From Rhodospirillaceae bacterium (lineage in GTDB: Bacteria; Pseudomonadota; Alphaproteobacteria; Rhodospirillales; 2-02-FULL-58-16): DNA of 37,184 nucleotides. The notes beneath the pieces are model-generated. The model was not told the origin of the DNA. It did no database searches and worked only from the letters and a program-made list of their open reading frames with translations. The translations under genes were made by a program, and so were the position numbers. This document shows positions 16,637-24,841 of this stretch, one piece after another. The stretch covers positions 1 to 37,184 of the forward strand of contig DUZD01000002.1 of assembly GCA_013349695.1 (NCBI GenBank). The letters run 5' to 3'. The stretch's first letter is position 1. The number at the start of each line of letters is the position of its first letter.

Positions 16637-16899
16637 ATACCAAGGATCGACGATAATGACCCATAGAGACGGTTTCCCAAGGCTTTCGGCTAGGAGTGCG
16701 CGGCGTGGCGATGCGGGGCATCGCGAGACGGGCACGACGACGTCCGAAAGCCTTGGGAAACCGCCGTTCCGGTCGCCTCGGCGCCCCGTCGGAGGGCGTC
16801 GAAAAGTCTTGACGATGTGCCGCATCGCCGGCAACTTTTCTCCTACCCGACGGGGCGCCGAGGCGATCTCTATGGGTCATTATCATCGATCCTTGGTAT
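16637..16899. repeat. 263-bp nested-palindrome intergenic element (element B)
   Basis: 33-bp terminal inverted repeats (16637-16669 / 16867-16899, one C.A mismatch) enclose two 94-nt hairpin units in inverted orientation. These are 16670-16763 and 16773-16866, each closed by a perfect 20-bp stem and separated by a 9-nt spacer. Confidence 0.9.
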
Positions 16900-17348
16900 T
16901 ATCCCTTCTTTTCCCAGCCGCCGCTGTCGGTCTGCTGCCAGTACGTCAGTTCGTGGCCCGTTTCCTTATAGGCCTTCCAGCATTTCCGCGCCGCTTCGAC
17001 AGCCGCCGGATCGTTGCCGTCGAACAGCTCGAAACAGCGCTCGTAATCGCCGACGCGCTCGGAGGCCGCGCCATCGGTCAGAAACAGGAAAGTGGCGCCG
17101 TTAGGGGTTTCGTCGCCGATCGCAAGCCAGATCGGCTGGTCTTCGGCGTTGCCATCCTTGCCGCCGCCGTGAGGAAGCCAGGAACCCTGTTCGTAGGTCC
17201 AGAGCAGCGAATTCAGGGCCTCGACCCGTTGCGTGGATCCGGCGACGACAACCGCCCGTTTGCCTGTTGCCAGGGTTTTTTCCAGAAGCTTGGGCAAGGC
17301 CGCCTCCAGAGATGATTTCGTCAGGTGGTAAAAAGCGATTTCGGTCAC
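16899..17348 (-). CDS. holC: DNA polymerase III chi subunit
   Basis: MTEIAFYHL...RAVVVAGSTQRVEALNSLLWTY...WLPHG is typical HolC, 149 aa, directly downstream of pepA. Confidence 0.85.
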   Translation of the reverse strand: MTEIAFYHLTKSSLEAALPKLLEKTLATGKRAVVVAGSTQRVEALNSLLWTYEQGSWLPHGGGKDGNAEDQPIWLAIGDETPNGATFLFLTDGAASERVGDYERCFELFDGNDPAAVEAARKCWKAYKETGHELTYWQQTDSGGWEKKG

Positions 17349-17369
17349 CGACCGGCCTCAAAATCCTGC

Positions 17370-18893
17370 TTATTTGCTTTCATAATGATTGGCGACCAGG
17401 CAATCGAGCAGGCGAACCCCGAAGCCGGTGCCGCCCTTCGGCACGGTGGGTAGATCCTTCTTCGACCAGGTGACGCCGGCGATATCCAGGTGCGCCCAGG
17501 GCGTCTTGTCGACGAAGCGTTGCAGGAACTGCGCCGCGGTGATGCTCCCGGCCCCATGGCCGCCGCTGATGTTTCTCACGTCGGCGGTGTCGGATTTGAG
17601 CATTCTGTCGTATTCGTCGCCCAGCGGCATACGCCAGACCGGCTCGCCCACCACCTCGCCGGCGGCGGCGATCCGTTTGGCCAAAACGTCGTCGTTGGAG
17701 AACAAACCGGCTTTTTGGTTGCCCAGACAGATGATGATGGCGCCGGTGAGCGTCGCCAGATCGATGATCAGTTTCGGTTTGAAACGATCCTTGCAGTACC
17801 ATAAGGCATCGGCCAGAACCAACCGCCCCTCGGCGTCGGTGTTGATAACCTCGATGGTTTGGCCGGACATTGAGGTGACGATGTCGCCGGGACGCTGGGC
17901 GGTGCTCGAAGGCATGTTCTCGACCAAGCCGATGACGCCGACGGCATTGACCCGTGCCTTTCGTCCGGCCAGGGTTTTCATCAAGCCGATGACGACACCC
18001 GCCCCGCCCATATCCCACTTCATGTCCTCCATGCCGCGCGAGGGTTTGATCGAAATGCCGCCGGAGTCGAAAGTCACGCCCTTGCCGACAAAGGCAATGG
18101 GAACGTCGGCCCGGCCGCCGCGCTTCTTGGCCGCCGATTGGCGCGCGCCATGCCATTGCATGACCACCATTTTCGGTTCCCGGGCGCTGCCCTTGCCGAC
18201 GCCGAGGAGGGCGCCCATGCCGAGGGCTTGCATCCGTGCCCGGTTCAGAACCTGCACCTTGACGCCCAGTTTGGTCAGGGTCCTTGCCTGATTGGCCAGG
18301 GATTCCGGGTATATGACGTTTGGCGGTTCCGAGACCAGATGACGGGTAAAAAAGACGCCGTCGGCGATCTTTTCCTTGCCGGCGAAAACGGTTTTCGCCC
18401 TGGCGAAACCGCTGCAAAGGACTCTCAGGGTATTCAGGGTTGGCTTGTCGGTTTTCTTTTCCTTGGTTCTGTACTTGTCGAACTGAAAAGACCTGAGCCG
18501 GGCGCCGTAGGCTACTTCAGCCGCCATTTCCGCCGGATTCAACTTGCACCCTTCCAGGGCATCGATGGCGACGGCCACCATCTTGTCGCCTTTCGACCCG
18601 AGCGCCGCGTATATCCCTCCCCCCAGGGCCTGCATGCCGAGGGACTTGATATCTTTCGCCTTGCCCAGGCCGACCACGAATGCCCGGTCGAGCTTGGTTC
18701 CAACCGGCGCCAGTATGGTCAAGGTTTGGGCCTTCGCCCCCTTGAAGCGGCTGGCCTTGATGGCCCGCGTCAATTCGCCATTCATTTTGCTGTCTAAAAG
18801 TTTGGCGCTGGGAGTGAGTCTGCGGTTCTGCAACACGCCGACGACCAGCGCGCCCGTATCGGGTAGAACCGGCTTGGAAAAGACGACTTTCAT
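17370..18893 (-). CDS. pepA: Leucyl aminopeptidase (M17)
   Basis: VGKGVTFDSGGISIKP and NTDAEGRLVLADAL motifs, 507 aa. Confidence 0.95.
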   Translation of the reverse strand: MKVVFSKPVLPDTGALVVGVLQNRRLTPSAKLLDSKMNGELTRAIKASRFKGAKAQTLTILAPVGTKLDRAFVVGLGKAKDIKSLGMQALGGGIYAALGSKGDKMVAVAIDALEGCKLNPAEMAAEVAYGARLRSFQFDKYRTKEKKTDKPTLNTLRVLCSGFARAKTVFAGKEKIADGVFFTRHLVSEPPNVIYPESLANQARTLTKLGVKVQVLNRARMQALGMGALLGVGKGSAREPKMVVMQWHGARQSAAKKRGGRADVPIAFVGKGVTFDSGGISIKPSRGMEDMKWDMGGAGVVIGLMKTLAGRKARVNAVGVIGLVENMPSSTAQRPGDIVTSMSGQTIEVINTDAEGRLVLADALWYCKDRFKPKLIIDLATLTGAIIICLGNQKAGLFSNDDVLAKRIAAAGEVVGEPVWRMPLGDEYDRMLKSDTADVRNISGGHGAGSITAAQFLQRFVDKTPWAHLDIAGVTWSKKDLPTVPKGGTGFGVRLLDCLVANHYESK

Positions 18894-18983
18894 GAATAAA
18901 CCTCTTGAAATGGAATTTTTTCGGATCAGGTGATGTCAAGTAATGTAGCGATGGCGGCGGCAAAAGATAAGGATTTGTTCGGA

Positions 18984-19985
18984 TCATTCCCGGTTTTCAC
19001 CGGATGGGGCGGGGACGGTCTCGGCCTCCATATCGGGAACGTTCATGTCCTTGCTTCTGTCGCCGCTCAACAGCCAGATCACCCCGCCCGGCAGGCTGGT
19101 GACGATAGCCAACAGGCCGAACAAAAGCGACAGGACAAGCGCCCCCTCGGCGGCGACGCCGATGAGGCTGAAGGCGGCGACCATGGCGCCTTCGCGAACG
19201 CCCCAACCGGCAATCGAGATCGGCAAGGTGGTGATCAGGATGACCGGCGGAATCAAGGCCAGACAATCCACAAAGGTGACGTCCAGGTCCAGGCCCAGGG
19301 CGATGAAATAGACGCCTAGAGTCAGGTTGACATGGCCGGCGGCGGCCCAGCCCAAGACCCTGAACGCAGGGCCGGGAGCGAGGAAGACCCGCCGCGTGTC
19401 GGTGGCCAGGGCGGCCAAGCCACGGATCAGCCGCCAGCGGTGAAACGAAACGGGGAAACGGTCGAGAACCATGAGGACGGCCAGTCCCGCCAGCGCCCCC
19501 AAAAAGATAAGAACCGCCACCGGAGCGATCCATTTCGCCACCTCCTCGCCTACCCTGGGGAGGAAGAAAGGCTGCGTCGCGAGCACCACCAGCACCAGCG
19601 CAACGACGGTTCCCGCCCTTTCCAGCATCACCCCGTTGACCGCCCCGCGAAGGCCAATGCCGGCGCGGTAGGCTTTGTAAATACGCACCGCGTCGCCGCC
19701 CACCGATGACGGCAGGGTCTGGTTGAAAAACACGCCGATGTAATAAATTTTCAGGGCGTCAACAAAGGACAGGAAGGCTTCGATGGCGGCGAGGGCCGCC
19801 CGCCATCGGAAGACGCAAATGATCAGTTGAAAAAGAAAGATCAGGATCGCCAATAACAACATCCCGGGATCGGCATCGGCAATTCGCTCCTTGGCCGCGC
19901 CGATATCGATTTTGGAGAGCAGAAACCAGATCAGAGCCCCCGAGACCAGAAACTTCAGGGCCAGGGCCAGCCATTTCTTATTCAT
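18984..19985 (-). CDS. UPF0104 / lysylphosphatidylglycerol-synthase-TM-region-like (flippase-like) membrane protein
   Basis: Start at ATG 19985 (MNKKWLALALKFLVSGALIWFLLSKIDIG). It is a polytopic protein of about 333 aa. The upstream extension of the track ORF is Arg/Ser-rich and overlaps the neighbouring gene's 3' end. Confidence 0.7.
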   Translation of the reverse strand: MNKKWLALALKFLVSGALIWFLLSKIDIGAAKERIADADPGMLLLAILIFLFQLIICVFRWRAALAAIEAFLSFVDALKIYYIGVFFNQTLPSSVGGDAVRIYKAYRAGIGLRGAVNGVMLERAGTVVALVLVVLATQPFFLPRVGEEVAKWIAPVAVLIFLGALAGLAVLMVLDRFPVSFHRWRLIRGLAALATDTRRVFLAPGPAFRVLGWAAAGHVNLTLGVYFIALGLDLDVTFVDCLALIPPVILITTLPISIAGWGVREGAMVAAFSLIGVAAEGALVLSLLFGLLAIVTSLPGGVIWLLSGDRSKDMNVPDMEAETVPAPSGENRE

Positions 19986-20077
19986 TTTAACGCCGCTTAG
20001 TTTTACCGAGGCGTGGCTCTTAGCACAAAACCGCGCCCGGCGCGGGCGGGAACGGGCATCGGACGTTGAAGAACCGC

Positions 20078-21202
20078 TCACGCCCTCGCTGGCCGTTTGG
20101 CTGGCGGACCCAGCCGCACCGGCAACCGTCTCGCCCCCCAATCGCCCGGCCGGCCGTCGAAAATCCCCGCGCAAGCGGCGCCGCAATTGGTGCATTTGCC
20201 GTCGTCCGTCAAGTTCCAGGTCGACAGCACGTACCAGTCGCGGCCGATCAGTATCGAACCGCAGTCATGACAATAGGTGCTTTCGCCCACGAAGTCGTGG
20301 ACGTTACCCGTATATGCGTAGCGCAGCCCGTTTTTCATGGCGATGTCGCGGGCCTGGCTCAACGTCGATAAAGGCGTTCTGGGTAGGTCCAGCATCTTCC
20401 AGTCGGGATGGAAAGCGGAAAAGTGCATGGGAACGTCGGGGCCCAGGGCATCGACGACCCATTGGGTCATTTCCTCCAGTTCGGCTGGCGAGTCGTTCTC
20501 GCCGGGAATCAACAGCGTCGTGATCTCGAACCAGACGTCGGTTTCATGCTTGAGATACTTGAGCGTCTCCAGGATCGGCTCGAGATGGCCGCTGCAAAGC
20601 CGCCGATAGAAATCCTCGGTGAAACACTTGAGATCGACGTTGGCGGCATCCATGTGGCGGAAAAACTCGACCCGCGGTTCATCGCGGATGTAGCCGGCGG
20701 TCACCGCCACCGTCTGGATGCCCCGCTCGTGGCAGGCTTGGGCGACGTCAACGGCATACTCTAGAAAAATGACCGGATCGTTATAGGTAAAGGCGACGCT
20801 TCTGCTGCCGGTTTGATGGGCCGCGTCGGCGATCATCTCCGGCGTCGCCTTATCGGTCAGGCGGTGGAACTCACGGGCCTTGCTGATGTCCCAGTTCTGG
20901 CAGAACTTGCAAGTCAAGTTGCAGCCCGCCGTGCCAAAGGAGAGCACCGGCGTCCCGGGCAGGAAATGACTGAGCGGTTTCTTCTCGATGGGATCGACGC
21001 AAAAACCGCTGGAACGCCCGTAGGTGGTCAAAACCACCTGCTCGTCCCGGCGGGCGCGGACGAAGCAGAGCCCCCGCTGCCCCTCGCGCAGCTTGCACAA
21101 GCGCGGACAGAGGTCGCACTGCACCCGGCCATCGTCAAGGACGTGCCAATATCGGCCGGGATGGGCATCGGCGAAGGTCTCGGGTGATGGCTTTGTTTGC
21201 AT
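20078..21202 (-). CDS. amrS: AmmeMemoRadiSam system radical SAM enzyme
   Basis: N-terminal CDLCPRLCKL...GLCFVR cluster, radical-SAM GCNLTCKFCQNW (CxxxCxxC) and C-terminal CTNCG. It is divergent from a Memo-AMMECR1 gene. Confidence 0.85.
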   Translation of the reverse strand: MQTKPSPETFADAHPGRYWHVLDDGRVQCDLCPRLCKLREGQRGLCFVRARRDEQVVLTTYGRSSGFCVDPIEKKPLSHFLPGTPVLSFGTAGCNLTCKFCQNWDISKAREFHRLTDKATPEMIADAAHQTGSRSVAFTYNDPVIFLEYAVDVAQACHERGIQTVAVTAGYIRDEPRVEFFRHMDAANVDLKCFTEDFYRRLCSGHLEPILETLKYLKHETDVWFEITTLLIPGENDSPAELEEMTQWVVDALGPDVPMHFSAFHPDWKMLDLPRTPLSTLSQARDIAMKNGLRYAYTGNVHDFVGESTYCHDCGSILIGRDWYVLSTWNLTDDGKCTNCGAACAGIFDGRPGDWGARRLPVRLGPPAKRPARA

Positions 21203-21369
21203 TGCCGCCGTTCGCCGCCGGAAAGGTGTACATCTTTTTATAACTTGATGATTAAGTGGGCGCCACCGCCGGTAACGTCAATCCTGGAGTCATCTCCACC
21301 ACTCCCCTTTACAGACCCGAAATCCGGGATTACTTAATTAAATTAGGGCGGTTTCCAAAGGAGGCAACC

Positions 21370-22815
21370 ATGACCTCGGTCAGGCAACCCGCCGTGGCCG
21401 GCGCTTTCTACCCCGGTGACGCCAAGGAACTGGACGCAACGGTGCGCTCTTACTTGGCGCAAGCCGGCGAACCGACGGGCCCGGCGCCGAAGGCCGTCAT
21501 CGCCCCGCATGCCGGTTATATTTATTCCGGTCAGGTGGCGGCGAGCGCTTACGCCAGGCTCAAACCCGCCCGCCAGAGCATTCGCCGGGTGGTTCTCCTG
21601 GGCCCCTGTCACCGCCTGCCGGTGCGGGGGCTGGCGCTCAGCGGCGCCGATGCTTTTTTAACGCCCTTGGGCGAGGTGCCCGTGGACCGGGAAGCCGGCG
21701 GCGCCATCCTCGACCTTCCCCAGGTCGAGGTCTTCGACGACAGCCATGCCAAGGAACACAGCCTGGAGGTGCAGCTGCCTTTCCTGCAAGTGGTCTTGGA
21801 GGGCTTTACCCTTGTCCCGCTGATCGTCGGCCAGACCAGGGGTGCAAAGGTGGCCGAGGTGATCGAGCGCCTTTGGGGCGGGCCGGAAACCCTGATCGTC
21901 ATCAGTTCCGACCTCAGCCATTATCTCGATTACGACAGTGCCCGCCGCCTGGACGGTGTCACCTGCCGGGCGATAGAGAACCTCGACCCCGCCGGCATCG
22001 GCCAGGACCAGGCCTGCGGGCGCGTCCCCGTTTGGGGCATGTTGATGTCGGCCAAGCGCCGCGGTCTCAAGGTCGATACCCTGGACGTGTGCAATTCCGG
22101 CGACACCGCCGGGACGCGGGAGCGGGTGGTCGGTTACGGCTCGTGGATTTTCCTGGAGGCCGATGACGATGCCAGTGAACGGGACGGCGAGGAAGCGTTC
22201 GCCAAGGAAACGCGCCGGCTGCTGGCGGACCACGGTCCGACCCTGCTGCGCCTTGCCGCCGCCTCCATCGAGCACGGCTTGGCTTTTGGCAAGCCGCGGA
22301 CGGTCAACGCCGCCGAATACCCGGCCGACATCGGCCGTCGAGCCGCCTGCTTCGTTACCCTGAAACGGGACGGCAAGCTTCGCGGCTGTATCGGCTCGAC
22401 CGAGCCCCACCGTTCGTTGGTGGTCGACGTTGCCGAGAACGCCTTCTCCTCCGCCTTCAAGGACAGGCGCTTCAAACCATTGACGAAACGGGAACTGCAA
22501 GGACTCGCCCTATCCATATCGGTGTTAGGCGACTCCCAGCCCATGGCTTTCACCGACGAGGCGGACTTGCTCGCCCAACTCCGCCCCGGCGTCGACGGTT
22601 TGATCATCGAGGACCAGGGACACCGCGCTCTCTTTTTGCCCTCCGTCTGGGAGCTTCTTCCCGAGCCCGGTAAATTCATGGCTAACCTCAAGGCCAAGGC
22701 CGGGATGGCGGCCAACCACTGGTCCGGCGGCTTCAAGGCTTGGCGTTTCGCCGCCGAGGAATTCTCGACGGACGATTTGGCCGGCGGCGAGACCGTCTGG
22801 GGCCAGCGGCGGTAA
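21370..22815 (+). CDS. Fused AmmeMemoRadiSam system protein B (MEMO1-like) and protein A (AMMECR1 domain)
   Basis: ATG 21370 is preceded by AAGGAGG. The N-terminal half has AGAFYPGD, IAPHAGYIYSG and HSLEVQLPFLQ (Memo motifs). The C-terminal half has ACFVTLKRDGKLRGCIGS (AMMECR1 motif). Total 481 aa. Confidence 0.85.
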   Translation: MTSVRQPAVAGAFYPGDAKELDATVRSYLAQAGEPTGPAPKAVIAPHAGYIYSGQVAASAYARLKPARQSIRRVVLLGPCHRLPVRGLALSGADAFLTPLGEVPVDREAGGAILDLPQVEVFDDSHAKEHSLEVQLPFLQVVLEGFTLVPLIVGQTRGAKVAEVIERLWGGPETLIVISSDLSHYLDYDSARRLDGVTCRAIENLDPAGIGQDQACGRVPVWGMLMSAKRRGLKVDTLDVCNSGDTAGTRERVVGYGSWIFLEADDDASERDGEEAFAKETRRLLADHGPTLLRLAAASIEHGLAFGKPRTVNAAEYPADIGRRAACFVTLKRDGKLRGCIGSTEPHRSLVVDVAENAFSSAFKDRRFKPLTKRELQGLALSISVLGDSQPMAFTDEADLLAQLRPGVDGLIIEDQGHRALFLPSVWELLPEPGKFMANLKAKAGMAANHWSGGFKAWRFAAEEFSTDDLAGGETVWGQRR

Positions 22816-22863
22816 TTCCGCCATGAAGGGCGCGGAAATGGCGATAGATCGTGGAGGTGTGCC

Positions 22864-23640
22864 TTGACCCTAAACATCGGCCTCGGCCTAGTGAGACAAG
22901 TCGTTGAGCTTGCCAGACGCGCGGGCGAGGAAATCATGAAAGTCTACAACACCGACTTCACCGTCGAAACCAAGGCCGACAACTCGCCGGTGACGCAAGC
23001 CGACCGCATCGCCGAGACCCTGATCACCGAAACCATCAAAACAGAAATTACCGCCCAGTTTCCCGTTGTTGGCGAGGAAGCCTTCGCCGCCGGCCAGGTT
23101 CCCGATGTTACCGGCACCCCTTTCTGGCTGGTCGACGCCCTCGACGGCACCAAGGAGTTCGTCAAGCGGGGCAACGAGTTCACCGTCAACATCGCCCTGA
23201 TCGACATCGGCAAACCGATGCTGGGAGTAGTCCACGCCCCCGCCATCGCCGCCACGTATTGGGGCAGTTGCAACGGCTCTTTCGCCGAAACCGACGGCGC
23301 CCAACCACGTCAGATTAACTGCCGCCGGCGTCCCGGCGATGGATTGGTGGCCATGGTCAGCCGCTCGCACCGTACACCCGAGGTGGACGAATACCTGGCC
23401 CAATTCCCCATCAAAAAGGAAATCAGCTCCGGCAGTTCCATGAAATTCTGCCAAGTGGCCACCGGCCGGGCCGATATTTACCCGAGGATGGGCAGGACCA
23501 TGGAATGGGATACCGCCGCCGGCCACGCGGTGCTGATTTACGCCGGCGGGTACGTCAAGGACCTGAACGGCAATACCCTCAAATACAGCAAGCAAGGTTT
23601 CGAGAATCCTTCTTTCGTCGCCATGGGAGCGGAGACTTGA
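22864..23640 (+). CDS. cysQ: 3'(2'),5'-bisphosphate nucleotidase
   Basis: SPVTQADRIAE, WLVDALDGTKEF and WDTAAGHAV inositol-monophosphatase-family motifs, with TTG start. Confidence 0.85.
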   Translation: MTLNIGLGLVRQVVELARRAGEEIMKVYNTDFTVETKADNSPVTQADRIAETLITETIKTEITAQFPVVGEEAFAAGQVPDVTGTPFWLVDALDGTKEFVKRGNEFTVNIALIDIGKPMLGVVHAPAIAATYWGSCNGSFAETDGAQPRQINCRRRPGDGLVAMVSRSHRTPEVDEYLAQFPIKKEISSGSSMKFCQVATGRADIYPRMGRTMEWDTAAGHAVLIYAGGYVKDLNGNTLKYSKQGFENPSFVAMGAET

Positions 23641-23779
23641 CGCCATTCGAGTTTAGGCGCACAATTCCCCCGTGGCTTGGGATAAAAGTCACGTTTTAGC
23701 TGCCGCAATCCTTTGCGGTGACTGCAGTGCCGGATCATTACCGCGGATGGTTCGAGCCAAGAGCAGAAAACGACAAGGA

Positions 23780-23810
23780 GAACCGTCGGCATGGCCGGCG
23801 GTTCTTTTTT
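23780..23810 (+). terminator. Rho-independent terminator
   Basis: GAACCGTCGG-catgg-CCGGCGGTTC (10-bp stem including one G.U pair) followed by TTTTTT. It lies 140 nt downstream of the cysQ stop. Confidence 0.7.
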
Positions 23811-23869
23811 ACGCCGGTGAAACCCTTAATTTTTTTTAAGGGTACTCACCGGAAACCGGCTTTGTTGAC

Positions 23870-24841
23870 GTGATACAATCCGACCCCAGAATCCTCCCCG
23901 CCAGCGCCGAAAATATTGCCTTGGCGGGCGAGTCGATTCGCCAAGGCGGTCTCGTCGCCTTTCCCACCGAAACTGTTTACGGCTTGGGCGCCGACGCCAC
24001 CAACGAGCAGTCCGTCGCGCAAATCTTCGCCGCCAAGGAGCGGCCCCGTTTCACCCCGCTGATCATTCATTTCGCCGCCACCCAGGCGGCGGCGCAAGCA
24101 GTGGATTTCAACGCTCTCGCGGACGAGCTGGCCGAAACCTTCTGGCCGGGAGCCTTGACCCTGGTGCTGCCAAGACGGCGGGATTGCGCCGTTTCATTTC
24201 TGGCCGGTGCCGGCTTGGATACGCTGGCCGTGCGCGTTCCCAACCACCCGGTGGCCCAGGCCCTCATTAACGAGGCCGCTTGCCCCATCGCCGCCCCGAG
24301 CGCCAACCGTTCGGGAACCGTCAGCCCGACCACCGCCGCCCATGTCGCCGAAAACCTGCCCGGCGTCACCGTCGTCCTCGACGGCGGCGCCTGCCCCTTG
24401 GGCATCGAATCGACGGTCATCGATCTGACCGATGAATTCCCCGTCCTGCTTAGGCCGGGAGGCGTGACACGAGAAGAGGTCGAAACCCTCACCGGCCCCC
24501 TCGCCAAGCCGGAATTCGCCGGACAGGCGTCCAAATCCCCCGGTACGCGGGACCGTCATTACGCTCCGGGCTTGCCGCTCAGGCTGAACGCCGAGAGCGC
24601 CCGGTCCGGCGAAGCCCTGCTCGGTTTCGGACCCGGCGCGCCCAAGGACGCGGCTAACTTGAGTCCCACCGGCGACATCGTCGAAGCGGCGGCCAATCTC
24701 TTCGCCTTGATCCGGGCGCTGGACCGGCCGGAATTCCGCGCCATCGCCGTCATGCCCGTCCCCGAAACCGGCCTTGGCGCGGCCATCAACGACCGTTTGC
24801 GGCGGGCGGCGGCCCAATATGGCGATCGCCGCGAACCATGA
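23870..24841 (+). CDS. tsaC: L-threonylcarbamoyladenylate synthase (Sua5/YwlC type with C-terminal Sua5 domain)
   Basis: GGLVAFPTETVYGLGADA, PSANRSG, 323 aa, GTG start. Confidence 0.85.
   Translation: MIQSDPRILPASAENIALAGESIRQGGLVAFPTETVYGLGADATNEQSVAQIFAAKERPRFTPLIIHFAATQAAAQAVDFNALADELAETFWPGALTLVLPRRRDCAVSFLAGAGLDTLAVRVPNHPVAQALINEAACPIAAPSANRSGTVSPTTAAHVAENLPGVTVVLDGGACPLGIESTVIDLTDEFPVLLRPGGVTREEVETLTGPLAKPEFAGQASKSPGTRDRHYAPGLPLRLNAESARSGEALLGFGPGAPKDAANLSPTGDIVEAAANLFALIRALDRPEFRAIAVMPVPETGLGAAINDRLRRAAAQYGDRREP

Noticed and set aside
16691-16812. TAGGAG followed 13 nt later by ATG inside the repeat units, as SD + start of small peptides (also at 35961-36142)
   Set aside because: The spacing is too long for an SD. 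The resulting peptides (e.g. MRGIARRARRRPKALGN... and MPAHHKRPPTPRSGN...) share no similarity between copies, although the nucleotide core is conserved. Conservation is at the structure or sequence-motif level, not in coding.
15660-16899. CRISPR array or retron-like ncRNA interpretation of the repeats
   Set aside because: The repeats are inverted, not direct, and they have no regular spacer periodicity. There are no cas genes and no reverse transcriptase nearby.
16232-17315. ORFs 16232..16834 (-) and 16656..17315 (+) crossing element B
   Set aside because: Their compositions are Arg-rich off-frame artefacts. They overlap the well-supported pfkB and holC genes and the palindromic element.
21256-21369. 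GTG start at 21256 for the Memo-AMMECR1 gene
   Set aside because: ATG 21370 has a strong AAGGAGG RBS and gives the expected Memo N-terminus (…QPAVAGAFYPG). The upstream 38 codons have no homology-like features.
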